In this document: one piece after another, positions 23,063-35,587 of the stretch
Layout: every line of letters starts with the position of its first letter
Numbering within the stretch: the stretch's first letter is position 1
Origin: Diplonema japonicum
Lineage: Eukaryota > Protista > Euglenozoa: Diplonemea
NCBI GenBank assembly: GCA_964019335.1
Contig: OZ025694.1
Span: 476,324-540,323 of the forward strand
Length of the DNA stretch: 64,000 nucleotides
Direction of reading: 5' to 3'
Translations under genes and position numbers: made by a program
The notes under the pieces: model-generated
Databases searched by the model: none
The model's input: only the letters and a program-made list of their open reading frames with translations
Told to the model about the DNA's origin: nothing

Positions 23063-24766
23063 ATGACGTACTCCTTACCAGTTTACCACAAAGCAGGAAG
23101 GCTCCCTCCTGAAGGGTTCTGTAGTGCGCAAGAAGGAGAAGATCCTTATACACATGCAGCAACTGGTGCGAGGCTGGCTAATCTCGTGTACAAGGTAAGG
23201 AAGATGCCGGGAGACAAGGACGAGAGAAGGCGCTTGCAGCAATGCATCAATGAATGCGAAGATCTGCCGCCCCTGACGGTGCTGGAAGCAACAGAGAGGT
23301 TTGCGTTTGTGGCATCTCTGAAGACACCGCATTTAGTGACGTGGACAGTAGCACGTGGCACAGCTAGCCCTACTGACATCGGCATTGACTTGCTGTACCT
23401 TCTCACTGGCCGCGTGCACGCTAATCCCCATGCATGGGACCTGCTCAGCTTCCACGACAGCATGTGTGAGCTCACAGAACACACACACAGCTCGCACGAT
23501 GGCTACACTGTGAACCCCTCCCTAGGCTGGACCAGTCCCATGTGGAAGGAGTCACGGCGACCTCTAACTGCCTCCTCCTTCAAAGAAGCTGTCGAGAAGT
23601 GCAATGCACGCGAAGCTTGCATCGGCTTTCAAGAGACACCGCAAGCCGATTTCTTTCAGCTCGTGAAGGAGGGTAGTACATTCGGAGGAGCGCAGCACAT
23701 ATCGTACTCAAAACCGAAAGGCTTCATTCGCATGGCAGCGGGGCACTCGAAGGGCGGTGCTGAGGTGATGGAGCTCGGGCAGCACAGAAAGGACGTAACG
23801 GTGCACTCCTTCAACGGCGGTGGGGTGCACAACCTGCGGGACCTCATGCGCACCTGCCATAACGTCACTTCGCACAAGATATACGGCGACGCCATCAGCA
23901 GCATGATGATCCCCACTGGACACGAGCGGCACTACGCGGCACTCACGGGAACAAAGCACCCTCACAGTTCATGGAACTTTTTGCCTCCTAAAACATACAG
24001 CACCAAGTCCGAGCATAGCACCAACAAGCTTGGAGTTAAACTGGTCAGCCAGCACGTAGACCACAGTGTCATACGAGAAGGGGGCCTGCTGCTGGTGTCT
24101 GTTACCGTGGAAGATGATGAGACCTGTAGCAAGGTGCACACTGCATCTTCATACGTGCTTGTGTCACTAGGGTGTTCTTTGGCAGGTGCATTGAGCGGTG
24201 GCACATGGCAAGCATGCACTATGGCGGGTCTCGTAGAAGGGTCAAGGATGATGGCTGCACAGGCCTTAGGGGGGTACGGTCTTTGTCGTGTGATTGAGGA
24301 CATGGTGCACGGGTGCTTTGACCTGAGGGTTGCTGTCGTGAGGGTGGCAACCGAGGCACTTGTGGCGAATGTGCAGAGGCGATACAGTGGGCCTGCTTTG
24401 GCCATCATGGTGATTAGTCTTCACGCAATGGGACAGCTGCTCACGAGGGTGCTGCAGCACGGCGTGGCAGACCTCAAGAAGCACCTCACCACCAATGTCC
24501 TACCGTCTGTCAAGCGTATGACTGCCTCATATGTGGGAGGCTCCATTGGGGCATCGTTAGGGTCCACTCTCGGGGCCTTATTCCCTCTCCCCCTTGTCTA
24601 CCCATTTGCCACTCCTAACCCACATCTCTCTCCTTTATTGAGCTCCACAAAACACTGGGCCACATCCCTGCTGTTTAGTGTCACTGGCAGGACCCTCGGT
24701 GCACGGTACACACCGGAATACATCGCCACCCCTTATCTGGTCCTTGTCTTCCTTTCTTTATTGTGA
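23063..24766 (+). CDS. Class-3 lipase-like alpha/beta hydrolase with hydrophobic C-terminus
   Basis: VARGT...D-GID, GHSKGG nucleophile elbow, FN, D-IS and H-HS; Gly-zipper helices at the C-terminus. Confidence 0.72.
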   Translation: MTYSLPVYHKAGRLPPEGFCSAQEGEDPYTHAATGARLANLVYKVRKMPGDKDERRRLQQCINECEDLPPLTVLEATERFAFVASLKTPHLVTWTVARGTASPTDIGIDLLYLLTGRVHANPHAWDLLSFHDSMCELTEHTHSSHDGYTVNPSLGWTSPMWKESRRPLTASSFKEAVEKCNAREACIGFQETPQADFFQLVKEGSTFGGAQHISYSKPKGFIRMAAGHSKGGAEVMELGQHRKDVTVHSFNGGGVHNLRDLMRTCHNVTSHKIYGDAISSMMIPTGHERHYAALTGTKHPHSSWNFLPPKTYSTKSEHSTNKLGVKLVSQHVDHSVIREGGLLLVSVTVEDDETCSKVHTASSYVLVSLGCSLAGALSGGTWQACTMAGLVEGSRMMAAQALGGYGLCRVIEDMVHGCFDLRVAVVRVATEALVANVQRRYSGPALAIMVISLHAMGQLLTRVLQHGVADLKKHLTTNVLPSVKRMTASYVGGSIGASLGSTLGALFPLPLVYPFATPNPHLSPLLSSTKHWATSLLFSVTGRTLGARYTPEYIATPYLVLVFLSLL

Positions 24767-25470
24767 TGCATTCCACTACCCCTTCGCCTTTCTTTTATTT
24801 AAGGGTAGCATGGACCGCATTTTGGCTTCGGCAAATGAAAAAGATGCCTCCTACCCTCCAGGCACGCCATGGCACCGCACAGGTTAGAAGCTCACTCCAA
24901 TGTGTCGTATGACTACCCACCCCACCCCATGTACTTTATGGTACACTTGAGCGCAGTTTGACTTGTGTTGACGTTAAAATATCGAATTTTACTTTGCAGC
25001 ACCTGAGGGTGCGTGCGTATTATGACATGCTTTATATTTTAAGAAAGAATTACTTTCCCATCTGCACACAGGATTACACAAGATGCCCATGATGGAGGGG
25101 TCAAGGCTGAGCCCGTTGATGATCGCAATGGGCGACAAGCCAGCAGCAGCAGCTGGCAAGCGATTCTCGAAAGTAGTCTTCAAGGAGGTCCCCCGTAACG
25201 ATAGCATGGCATCAATGCCTGTACGTTTCAAAGCGGCACAGAGTAGTTCGCTTCCGCCTTCAAGCGTTAGTTTTATGAGGCTTCCTACTAGTGAATTGCC
25301 ACGGAAGATACCGAGGTGAAGTGTGTGAGGTGAAGTGAAATGAGGCGATCTGAAGCAGTTGTTGAGGTTTACACTTATCTGGAGTCAGTGTAGTCTGGGT
25401 GTTTGCTTTTTTGTCTTTTCTTTTCACATAAATTGAGCTTGTTTAGTAAAAACAACATTCAGATACTAAG

Positions 25471-26661
25471 ATGTTGCAATTGGTGTCGTTATGCGTGATG
25501 GGCCTGACCCCCCCACCTGCTGTGCCTGCCTCGTTCACGGCCGACGTCTTGTCAATTACCACAAAGCCTGCCAGCGGGTCCAAGTACACTGCGCTCGAGA
25601 CGATGCTGTATGATAAGGAAAACGTGCGCCTAGCAAGGATCAGCACAACGAACACAACGCACGCACCCCCTTCATGGAGCGGGACGGGTAAGGACCTGTA
25701 CGTGCAGGCAACAATTGCCCTCAACACCACGACTTTCTTCCAACTCGATTCACGTAACTACGTTGCGATGCAAGAAAGCACCTTCCCTGATGCCTTCGCA
25801 TGGGTGCCCTTCAGCACGTACATGGGGAACACCACTGTCAATGGCGTCCCCGTCAGCGAGTATTATCTAAGCATTCCCGGGACAGGCCATTACTACTATT
25901 ATTGCACCTCTGCCGGGACACCTGTTCGAACATTCGTGAACACCACTGCCGGAGGGCTCCCGGGAGTGCCCGTCACTATCACCCTTGTTGAGGAGACGTA
26001 TACCAACCTTGTCCGCTCTGTGAACAGTACATATTTTACATCCTTCAATACAACTGCAGCCTATCACCCACCTGTGTGCCCTCAGGTCCCTAAGCCGTCG
26101 CTTGTCACGCTTGATGTGTACATCTTCCACCCACGTGACAATGTCACCATCAGCAACCAGAACGTTGCTGACATTTTAGGAGACACAAGCTTCGTGTGTT
26201 CAGATGCCATCTCCAATCACACGGCCGCCGACCACTATGATGTTGTGTCGTGGTACAAAGTCGAAATGCTGCCTGTGTGGGGGCAGTACCAGTTCTGCAA
26301 CGGATACCCCGGGCAGTGTCTTGGTGAGAATAAGTTCTACGTCGGTAGAGAGCTTCCCTTTGGAATGACACAGGGAGGAGGGCAGTGTGACGAAGAGGAA
26401 TTGAAGCAGGTGGGCACATGGTATTCGATGCCTGAGGATGCAGAGTGCAAGGAAGGGCAAGTGCCTGGCGATGGAAGCTGCACATGGAGAGTCGTGCAGA
26501 GGATGAAAACAATCGATGCGGTTGGATGTCTCTTCAAAGAACTTGGGATGCTTAGCTCTTGCCAGATGGAGGTTCCACCCTTCCAGCAGACTTCACAGCT
26601 CTTCCATGGAGCCTTCACCGCCAGCGTAGGACAGGGTGGGTGCCCTGCCATCGACCCGTGA
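25471..26661 (+). CDS. Secreted glycoprotein, ependymin-like N-half and Cys-rich C-half
   Basis: Signal peptide, P-VP-SFTA...LYD motif, many N-x-T sequons, Cys-rich C-terminus. Confidence 0.6.
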   Translation: MLQLVSLCVMGLTPPPAVPASFTADVLSITTKPASGSKYTALETMLYDKENVRLARISTTNTTHAPPSWSGTGKDLYVQATIALNTTTFFQLDSRNYVAMQESTFPDAFAWVPFSTYMGNTTVNGVPVSEYYLSIPGTGHYYYYCTSAGTPVRTFVNTTAGGLPGVPVTITLVEETYTNLVRSVNSTYFTSFNTTAAYHPPVCPQVPKPSLVTLDVYIFHPRDNVTISNQNVADILGDTSFVCSDAISNHTAADHYDVVSWYKVEMLPVWGQYQFCNGYPGQCLGENKFYVGRELPFGMTQGGGQCDEEELKQVGTWYSMPEDAECKEGQVPGDGSCTWRVVQRMKTIDAVGCLFKELGMLSSCQMEVPPFQQTSQLFHGAFTASVGQGGCPAIDP

Positions 26662-26916
26662 CCCCATGAAACCAGCTCTTCATCTTACAACGAAAACTAC
26701 TAAGTTTATTCTGCTCTCTCATGCGCTATCTCGTCTCGGCAGGCCGAGCATTCATCGTCTGCTCGCATATTTTCAAATTGTTTCGCGGTTTGTTTCACCA
26801 CACATTCCTCCCCTCATTCCGTAGTAAGGGTGTAAGTAACATCCCTAATTTTTCTTTTTTTTATTACTTCTTCCTTGCCAAATCACCCCTACAGAACTCT
26901 TAGCTAGAACTACATC

Positions 26917-28966
26917 ATGTTCTTCTTCAACACCGAACCTGAAGTGCTCCATAAGGTATGCCGGTAATAATAATTATTATAAGCAGGAGGACGCGGACTG
27001 GGAGGCTTTGTTGGAGGCTGCTCTGGAGGAGCAGGAGCAAGAGTGGGAGGAGGACGACGAGGACGACGAAGAAGACGAGCAGGCGGAGCCCGATGAGGAC
27101 GACCGGGAGGACGAAGTGGACGAGGATGACGATGAGCCGGAGCAGCCGCCCGAGCCATGGATGCTTCCCCTCCCGGAGGTGACGAACAACATCTACCTGA
27201 AGTCGTACTTCCCTGTGCTGAAGTGGAACCCGCAGAAGGCGTTCGGGCCGTCTGACCGTCGGGTGTGGGTGGTGGACCACTTCGCGAAGTCGTTCTACTG
27301 CCTGGACGCGAAGGGGAAGATGAAGAAGCAGCACGACGCGAACAAGCTGCTGCAGCTGGAGCGGAACGTGATGGACCCGCGTCGGGCGAGGCTGATGTTC
27401 TTCGACGCGCCGAAGTCGTACGAGATTGTGTTCCCGAGCAACGAGGAGAGGGAGCGGTTCTACGAGACAGGGTCGTCGATCCGTCCGGCGATCCGGGTGT
27501 ACGCGCCGAGCCTGACGAAGCCAGACACGGCGCACGACGGGGGGTCAACGACGACGACGATCGACGGGATCAAGGAGAACGCGGTGACGCAGAAGGTTCC
27601 GAACCCGTTCAAGAAGACGGGGGAGCTGGTGGACAGGGAGCTGAGCGGGCGGTGCAAGATCAACTCGAGCAAAGTGCAGGACGAGCCCGTGTCGGTATGG
27701 ACGGGGACCTTCAACATGTGCGGAGCGCCGCCCCCTCGGGACTCGTCGACCCTGGAGAAGTGGATGCCACGCGGGAAGTACGACCTGTACGCGGTGGGGG
27801 CGCAGGAGTGCTCCTACCAGAAGGACGAAGGGGAGTGGTTCTCGTACGTGCAGGAGTACCTCGGGAAGGACTACCTCACCCTGGCGAGCATGCAGGTGTG
27901 GGACATCACGGTGATCGTGCTCTGCAGGAAGAAGTGCCTGCTGAAGGTGACGAACGTGGAGGGGTCGACGAAGGCGACACTGCACAAGGAGAAGTGCGGG
28001 ATGAAGGGGGCCGCCGGAATCTGCCTAAAGTATCACAACACGTCGATGGCGTTTGTGTCGTGCCACCTCGCGGCGAGGCTGGAGAGGAGCAAAATGAGGC
28101 GTATCAACGTGGAGGAGATCGTGAACCAGATCCAGCTTGCAAACAAGGATGTGGACCTCTCGTCTCAGTTCCACCACGTCTTCTGGATGGGGGACATGAA
28201 CTACAGGGTGGAGATGGAGCACGCGGAGGCGGAGCCCCTGATCAAAGGGAACCAGTTCAACGAGCTGCTGAACCAGGACCAGCTGACGACAGAGATGCGG
28301 GAGAACGACCTCCTGAGGGGGTTCAAGGAGGCTCCCATCACCTTCGCCCCGACCTACCGGTTCAAGACGGGGTCCAAAGACTACATGAGGGACAGGGGAC
28401 GCGCCCCGAGCTACACGGACCGCATCCTCGTGAAGTCCATGCGGAACACGAACATCAAGTGCACCGGCTACAACTCGGCGGAGGGGGTCCACACGAGCGA
28501 GCACGTACCGGTGTCGGCGACCTACGTGGTGCGCTGCGTCCGTCCGCACATGTCATGCTTCCACAGGGACCAGGAGCCGAGGCCACAATTCGAGTTCTCA
28601 TCCGTGAAGTTCGTGGAGCAAGACCACCTTATGTTCAGGAAGCCGCTTGTCATGATGTACACCCCTTTCTCGGAGCACGCCCACAAGGGGAAGGCCATGA
28701 AGGCCTCAACCATGCTCCCAGAGTTCACCGGGGAACATCTCCCGGAGCCCGTGAAGTGCTCCGTCCAGATGACTGAGTACCTCGAGAAGCACTCCCTCAT
28801 CATGGTCTTCAGGGACCAGGCCGAGCCCAGGGAGGACAAGATGTTCAGGGGTGCTGCTGTCATGGAACTCGACGGCAGGGTCGAGCCCTACGACGAGGAG
28901 AGGACCGAGGACATTGAGGTCTTGTGCTTAGGACGCAAGATCGGAGTTGTTCGTGTTACCTACAAG
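26917..28966 (+). CDS. Inositol polyphosphate 5-phosphatase (SHIP/OCRL-like); 3' end probably spliced
   Basis: GTFNM, VGAQE, FVSCHLAA, FWMGDMNYR, PTYRF, PSYTDRIL and SEHVPV. A 28-31-nt intron from 26956 joins ATG 26917 in frame. Probable GT donor at 28967; last exon not identified. Confidence 0.9.
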
Positions 28967-29711
28967 GTGTGGTTTTTTTCAATTTTCTTGTGCCTTCTCT
29001 TGATTGCCAGTGAGCCCGCGGCCGGTGGTCTCGTATCACTTTTGATCCAAGATCTTCGCCTGCGGCTCTGGTGGGACTGACCTAAATCTGAACCAGCCTT
29101 ATGCGGTCGGCTTGGCCGTTGCTGTAGACGGCGTGTGCCAGATAGCATGCTGCAGGAGGATGCTGTCCCCGTTCCTAATGTCATTGAGTGCGTCACACCA
29201 CAGGCATCTAGCAAGCAGTACTCATAAGGTTAGTCAAACAAACGTTTTCCAAGGCCAGAAGTGCAAGAACCTTTATGTGGGACGGAGGGAATGTATGGGC
29301 CTTAGATTACCGACGCCCTCACACCACGCTTCAGGTACTCAACTGAGCAGGTGGTCTCATCTCATTCCTCGATCTCTTAATCACATTGATCAGCTTGCCT
29401 ACACGACCAGCTCCCGATAGCTTTGTCATTTTTTCCATCAAAGCTGCTTTACTTCTTTTTTTTTTTCCTGTTCAAAAAAAAGAAAATGAAAACAACAACA
29501 AAGGTAACGAACTACGGCTACACTCCCCCTCCGGGTGGTGCTCCGGGCCGTGTCCCTGAGGAGGTCTTGATGGATGAAAGGACTGACCAAGTCTCGGAAG
29601 AAGAGTAAGCGCTGCTTCTCCGAGCTTAGTAGTAGTAGATACTCTTAAGAACCGCGGCTCCTTGTTCGAAGATACTAACACACCACCCTTTCACTTTGCT
29701 ACGTGTCTTAG

Positions 29712-31559
29712 ATGACACGAGCTACTTATTCCCTCTTCTCATTTTTAGATTACTATTTCAGCAACAAAAAGCACTTTAGAAAGCCAGGTCACCGCACGAT
29801 GCACGACAATCATGTTCGCAGAGGGAGCAAGGGGTACGCAGTGCATGATGCTATCCTGGCGAGGACAAATGAGTTCAACATGTTTTGCATCAAGGACTGC
29901 GACGGAAGGGGGTACTATCACAGCGCATTAGAAAAGGAGGCCGCTCTGCCGTGCACGTACCGACCGGCCTTCACGTTTCTGAAACTTCTGGGAAGGGTAC
30001 TTGGGCATGTTGAGGGGAGCTGCCCCTCTGCGTATCTACCTATTGTGAAACTTGCTAACCCTATAGCCGCCCGCTCGGAGGAGGTGATCGAGATAAGCCA
30101 CAGGACCATACAAGAGGTACATGATACCGTGAACAAGGACATGTGTCTGGATTCTTTTTACAAGTCTTTAGGCGTTTGCTGTCCATCCGCAGAGCAGGTG
30201 TATGGCAGCAAGGCTTTTTGCATTACGACTAAAGAGGTCTCTGAGCTCCTGCAGTCCACGCTGGTTACTACGGCACCCACGCTCCCGAGAGCTTTCTATA
30301 ACGCTCTTGTGGGGATGTACACCAGCAATTGCAAGTTCGTTGTATTTTTCAACATCTTTAGAGCAACAAAACTGCTGGACTTGCTGGACAACTGGGAGGG
30401 GTGCTTGTCAAGCCGGAAGTCTGTTTTAGAGCAGGAGAAGAATACTCACGACGAGAGAGTGAAGTGTGCAATGCAGGCCTTGCAAGCGGGATGCTGCACC
30501 GACGAAGAGCGCAGGTGCAAGCAGGGGATGAAGTACCGCAACGAGGTGGTGGTGCGAATGCGGACTGCGGCATTGGACTTGCTGAACGACCAAGAAAAGG
30601 TGGACGGGTTGCGGGCGTGCTTCACGGGGTGGGCCAACAAGGTGCTGGAGATGCCCGCACGGTACGGGTTCACCTCCCGCGACGCTGCACTCAACATCTT
30701 AGCAAAGTCCCTCGTCGAGCTCTCGACAGAGGTCTGCATATCTCAGAAGGGCTACTTCTTCACTTCCGGCGCACGGCACCAGCACAACCTCATCGACGAA
30801 AAGCCTGCCCATCCCATCACCTTCCTGTCCTCTCCGGGGTTAGATTTCTGTTTTTCCTCCTGCACCAGCGTAGAGGGTGCTAAGTACTTCACCAAAGTCG
30901 ATAGCCCATCCAACCCATGCGCTGCGTGGGGTGCATTTGCATCTGGCAAGCATGATGAGCTCTACGAGCGTGTCAAGGTGCTGTACACTGTCATTTTCGA
31001 GTCGGCCGAGGCGCAGGTATGGTGGAGAAACCCTCATTATATAAAACAGGGAGTGAAACAGATGAGCATGCTGCCTCTGGGTCTGGGGGTGTTCCTCATG
31101 AGCCTTGGTGAGGAGCTCAAGAGGAGCGTTGTCGAGATCTACTTCAAGGTGCAGTTTGATCTTCTGGCGAGCAAGGACTGGGGCTTCGAGAATGTATGTG
31201 TTTGGCTTGTTTTCTTTTTTTAAACGCAACTCAATGACTGACAGTATTATCTAAACGCGCAGCAGTACACAGAGGTGGCGCAGAACATACTGCGGGAGAT
31301 GCCGACCAGCTGTCCCTGCAATATTGTGCTACATAAGAAGGACGCGAAGTTCTTGGCTGTCGAGCTTTCTCGAGAAGGGAAAGCTGCATTTTTGAACCCG
31401 TCCGACTCACAAGCCGTCATGCAGGGTATGATGGGCCTCTACTGGGAGAAGGGGAGGTCCTGGAACTACGTTGGTGAAGAGGACTGGGCTGCCACCAGCA
31501 CAGGTGTCCTTGCCTGTTTCGGGATCAGCAGCCAGAACATCGGTCTTGCCAGCAACTGA
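29712..31559 (+). CDS. Hypothetical protein (intron 31194-31244)
   Basis: A 51-nt GTATGT..CAG intron joins ORF 29712 in frame to ORF 31275-31559. No family recognised; start uncertain. Confidence 0.65.
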
Positions 31560-32796
31560 GTACGTACGGCAAAGGGCATCTGTATGCCGCAAAGGCGACG
31601 TCGCCCTCTGTACCTAGTCGATTCGTTGCTGCAAGGAAGCGGTGATCCCTTGCTGGTCGGTGTTGCTGTTATTTTACCTCCTCTCCTATCTTCGTTTTCA
31701 TGATATTTCTTTTTTCTTGTTCTCTATTTGCAATTTGGCGCACAGAAGCAAGCATCACCCTACGAGCGAATAGGAACAAATGAAAAAAGGAGTTTTCTTT
31801 TTGAGGCGATCCTGTCACATACTGCAGGTTCCTTTCAAAGACACCTTTTTTATTTTTACCAAGCGACTCTTTTTTTTCTGCCGCCCTCCTCACAATTTTT
31901 TATTCCTCTGAAGGCAACACATGGTCGTCGCAGCCCAGTGCCAAGGGCCCAGACGATTGATATTTGCTTTGAAGTGGATAAAAAGGGTTTGTTTTTGGTG
32001 GCGATGTTGGCTTTTTCTCTCGTTTATTTTCAACAAAGAAATATCGAGAAGAAAGAAAAGAAAAGAAAATGGAAAATCAAGAATATTAATGAAGAAAAAA
32101 GAAAGAAAAAAAGAAAAAGAGATGGATATTTTCCCCTGTTATCCCTCTCTCTTCCTCTCTCTCCTAGTTTAGTCAGTTTTTTCTCTTTTTTTTTTTCTCT
32201 TTTTTTATTTATGGTCGCATTTTTCCCAAAGGTCTTTTTTACGATTTCGGTCAAAAAACCGGGGCTTTCGGGTTTTCCTCCCCGACCCGTCCAAAATTGG
32301 GCCCAGTATCTAACTCGCCATCTGCAGCACTTAGGTCTCCAGTGTTTTATGTCCTCTCCTGCGGGGAGAAGGGGCGGGCACCTTTTCTTTTGTCGAACCA
32401 CAAGAACTACCAATTACAACGACCATACTAAAGGTAAACAAACCCTGATGTCTTGGTAGACATATGGCAATACTGTTTGAAGATTGGGATTTGCTGCCTC
32501 AAACTTTCGGAACAACGCAACCATAAATTTCTCCATTCAAAAGGATTTTCTCCAGTTGTGAAAGGAAGGACGCACCCACGGGTACCGGCGCAAGGACATC
32601 ACGTGTGTTTCGTGTCTTTTTGAATTCGATTTCTCCCTTTACCCCTTCTTTTTAGTTTTTTTCGCAGGCCTGATGCTCTCCCTGGCCATTCAAAGCAAGA
32701 TGTCGTACCTGACCAGGAGAAGAGCGTGGTCACCGTGTTCTTGTGAGATAGACGAAGTGCCACTGTCTACACATTTCTTTTTCTTCTTTAACTAAA

Positions 32797-32975
32797 CTGC
32801 ACGAGCGAATCTTGGTTACCCGGGAAGCCCGGCTGGTTGAGCTGTACACCGCACGTATTAAGGATACGACGCGGAACGCAGAAGAAGCTACAACTCGGCC
32901 GAGGCGTGCCCCCTGTAATCAAGTAGAGTTCTTGTGCAGGGCGCCGCCAACACCGGCCTCCTTTTACTCTTATAT
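32797..32975 (+). repeat. Dispersed repeat family B (possible retroelement 3' end)
   Basis: Near-identical to 54525-54715. The shared right end GGGCGCCGCCAACACCGGCCTCCTTT..CTC-TATAT also occurs near 12395 and 12638. Confidence 0.75.
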
Positions 32976-33359
32976 ATTTCTTTTCTTTTTCCCCCCACAA
33001 GACTTTAATATTTCCCCCTTTTTTTATCTGCTTACCCACTTTTCCCTGCATTCTTTCTTGTTCTGTTCCGACTCTTCTCCCATCTTTCCGATGAACTCCT
33101 TTCACAGTAGTTGTTTTTTTTCTTCTTCTTCTCTTCTCCCCCTTCAAGCGCACTCTAAGCCATTCTAGGGGTGCGACAAAGCCACCAGAAAGGCACCGAG
33201 AGCCCACCATAGAAGAAAAAGACCAGTTGACTACCAATGACTCTTTCCTGTCCCACCCCCTCATCCGTTTTCTTCCTTCCCCCTCTACCCGTTTTTACTT
33301 CCTTCCGTTTCTCGGATTAACAGCAAGAATTTCGAAAGGCTTCACATAACAGACTCAAG

Positions 33360-34739
33360 ATGAACAACATGGCAGCGAGGTCACACGGGCGGCGACGGGG
33401 TTTCATGCCAAAGCTGGTGAACTTGTTGCAAAGCAGTTTTGCTCTTGGTGTGTACAGTACTATAATGGTTAGCTGCGGAGTGGTAATGATCATGGGCTTG
33501 AGCATAGAGAGTGAGAAGCCGAAAGAACACACACCTGCTGGACCGAGGCCTGTTCTGATAGGGACCCTTGAATACGACGAGGTGTGCAGGCAGAGAGAGC
33601 AGCAAATGCAGCATCTGAAGAAGAGGGTGTCCTACATCCCCAACGGGTACCCTGTGGAGAACTACATTAAGAACTCGTTCAAGGAACTTGGGTTTGCGAA
33701 TGTCGAAGACGCGCATCACAAGGCAAGCTTCGTCATAGGTAAGAGCACGCTGGAAAACGTTGGGTGGAAGGTGTGCGAGAAGACGCAGAAGCACAACCAC
33801 ATACCTGGGCAGAAGAATATGGCTGCGAAGAACCTTCTCGCCTTGTCTTTGAGGGTGCGAGACAAGGAGCTTTCCGAGGTCGGGGGCTTCGACTCGTTGC
33901 GGTTCATGAAGCGAACATACCTGACGTACGACAAGGATGAGTGCCAGGTGCTCATGGACAAGGTAAAGTCGTCGTCCCTTTCTACTTCGGAGGCACGGAA
34001 ACCGCAGTACATACAGAAGGCGGTCACCGGCGGGCACAACGGGAAGGGCCTCTCGATCCTTGACGGCTTCGACATGGAGATGATGCTCAAGACCTTCAAG
34101 CGCACTGGGAAGTGTCAAGAGACAGGCAAGCACCTAGTCCAGGAGTTCCTGACCAACCCGCTGCTCATTGACGGGCATACGTTCAACCTCAGGTTGTACT
34201 TCATTGTGTTCAGAGTGAAACCTGCATTGGTAGCGTTCCACGATGGGTACCTCCGCCTGACAAAAGGGAAGTACCAAGAGGACAGCACCGACATTAAGAA
34301 CTTCGTCAGCAACTCTGAAAAGGTCTGGAAGAAGAAGGGCGATAGCGAGCGGCACTTCATGTCCATGGACGAGCTGGTTCGTATCATCAGCGAAAAAGAA
34401 GGGTACCTTAAAGACACGCTGAGGCCGAAGTTCATGCGCATCGTTGAGTACGTTTTCCGAGCTGCAGAGCCGAACCTCTCGCCGTCCCCTGCTTTCTTTG
34501 GGGTGTATGGGCCCGACATGACTCTAGACACACAACTGGACCCGTGGCTGTTTGAGGTGAACTTCAGCCCCGAGCTTTCCCGTTTCGTTCCCCTGCAGCA
34601 CATCCCCAACATGTACACTGACGTCATTAAAGCTCAACTTGCTCTCTCCGAGAACCACCTCACTCCGTGGGAAGACATTGCAGCCAAGCTCTCTACCCCG
34701 CAGAACTTCCACATCGTAATCGATGATCAGAAGCAATAG
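33360..34739 (+). CDS. Tubulin-tyrosine-ligase-like ATP-grasp protein with N-terminal TM anchor
   Basis: NHIPG, YIQK...G-GL, VQEFLTNPLLIDGH-F-LR-Y, G-D...D and WLFEVNFSP. Confidence 0.88.
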   Translation: MNNMAARSHGRRRGFMPKLVNLLQSSFALGVYSTIMVSCGVVMIMGLSIESEKPKEHTPAGPRPVLIGTLEYDEVCRQREQQMQHLKKRVSYIPNGYPVENYIKNSFKELGFANVEDAHHKASFVIGKSTLENVGWKVCEKTQKHNHIPGQKNMAAKNLLALSLRVRDKELSEVGGFDSLRFMKRTYLTYDKDECQVLMDKVKSSSLSTSEARKPQYIQKAVTGGHNGKGLSILDGFDMEMMLKTFKRTGKCQETGKHLVQEFLTNPLLIDGHTFNLRLYFIVFRVKPALVAFHDGYLRLTKGKYQEDSTDIKNFVSNSEKVWKKKGDSERHFMSMDELVRIISEKEGYLKDTLRPKFMRIVEYVFRAAEPNLSPSPAFFGVYGPDMTLDTQLDPWLFEVNFSPELSRFVPLQHIPNMYTDVIKAQLALSENHLTPWEDIAAKLSTPQNFHIVIDDQKQ

Positions 34740-35587
34740 CCTGCACGGCACCCCTTCGCGGGCCCTGTGTCCCCCGCGATATGATACATACCTCTACTAT
34801 TTCTTTTTTTCTTTTGGTGATGGTGGAACTTCATCGCGAAGCCACAGTTTCTCCCCCCCCCCCTCCTTCTTAGGGGGGCAGCTGGAGCCAAGGTCTTCGG
34901 GCCTAGGTCCCAAGTGTGTGACGACATCTTCCTTAAGCCAAGGTGAGGGAACTGTTCACTTTCCGTCTCACGGATGCCACAAAAGCACAATGGGTAACAG
35001 AAGAAGGCAAGGGCTTAACCTCACGGTTTTACCCTATCGTCTTCGTGAGGCTTGCAGCAAAGTGATGGCGGGTGGGGTAGGAACAACCTCTCCTTGACAT
35101 GTTTAATTTTCTTTTCCTTTCACCTGAGATAGCCAATGAGATGCTGGTGGCTGGTGGCGCATACAGCATGCAATATTATATATGGGGCTAGCTTACGATT
35201 TTAACCTGTTTACATTTCGTTTTGAAGCCCTTGCCCTATTACAATATATTAACTACCACGACAACAGGAAATGGAGTGAGTAATACACATGTTTGCCTTG
35301 CAGTAGGTGTTGGTGGTCAGTAGACGTGGCTCAGCGTACGGGGGGAAGCACGAAATTAGAGATCAGATAACGTAATGTCTCTCTCTTGAACACGGACAAC
35401 AAGGCAGGTTCGTTCTCAACAGGAGGGTTGAAGGGGTTCTTCTTCTATACCCTTGTGCCTATGCTCTACACTGCTGTGACTATCCACCTTAGCAGATGCG
35501 CTTCCCACGGGAACGATATGGTTAGTAACTTTTACGATAATATTATCTTTGTATTGACCCCATTCAGTTTTAAAGGAAGACACAATA

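Noticed and set aside
27265-28776. 503-aa overlapping + strand ORF
   Set aside because: Shadow frame of the GC3-rich inositol phosphatase gene; G/R/A-rich with no motifs.
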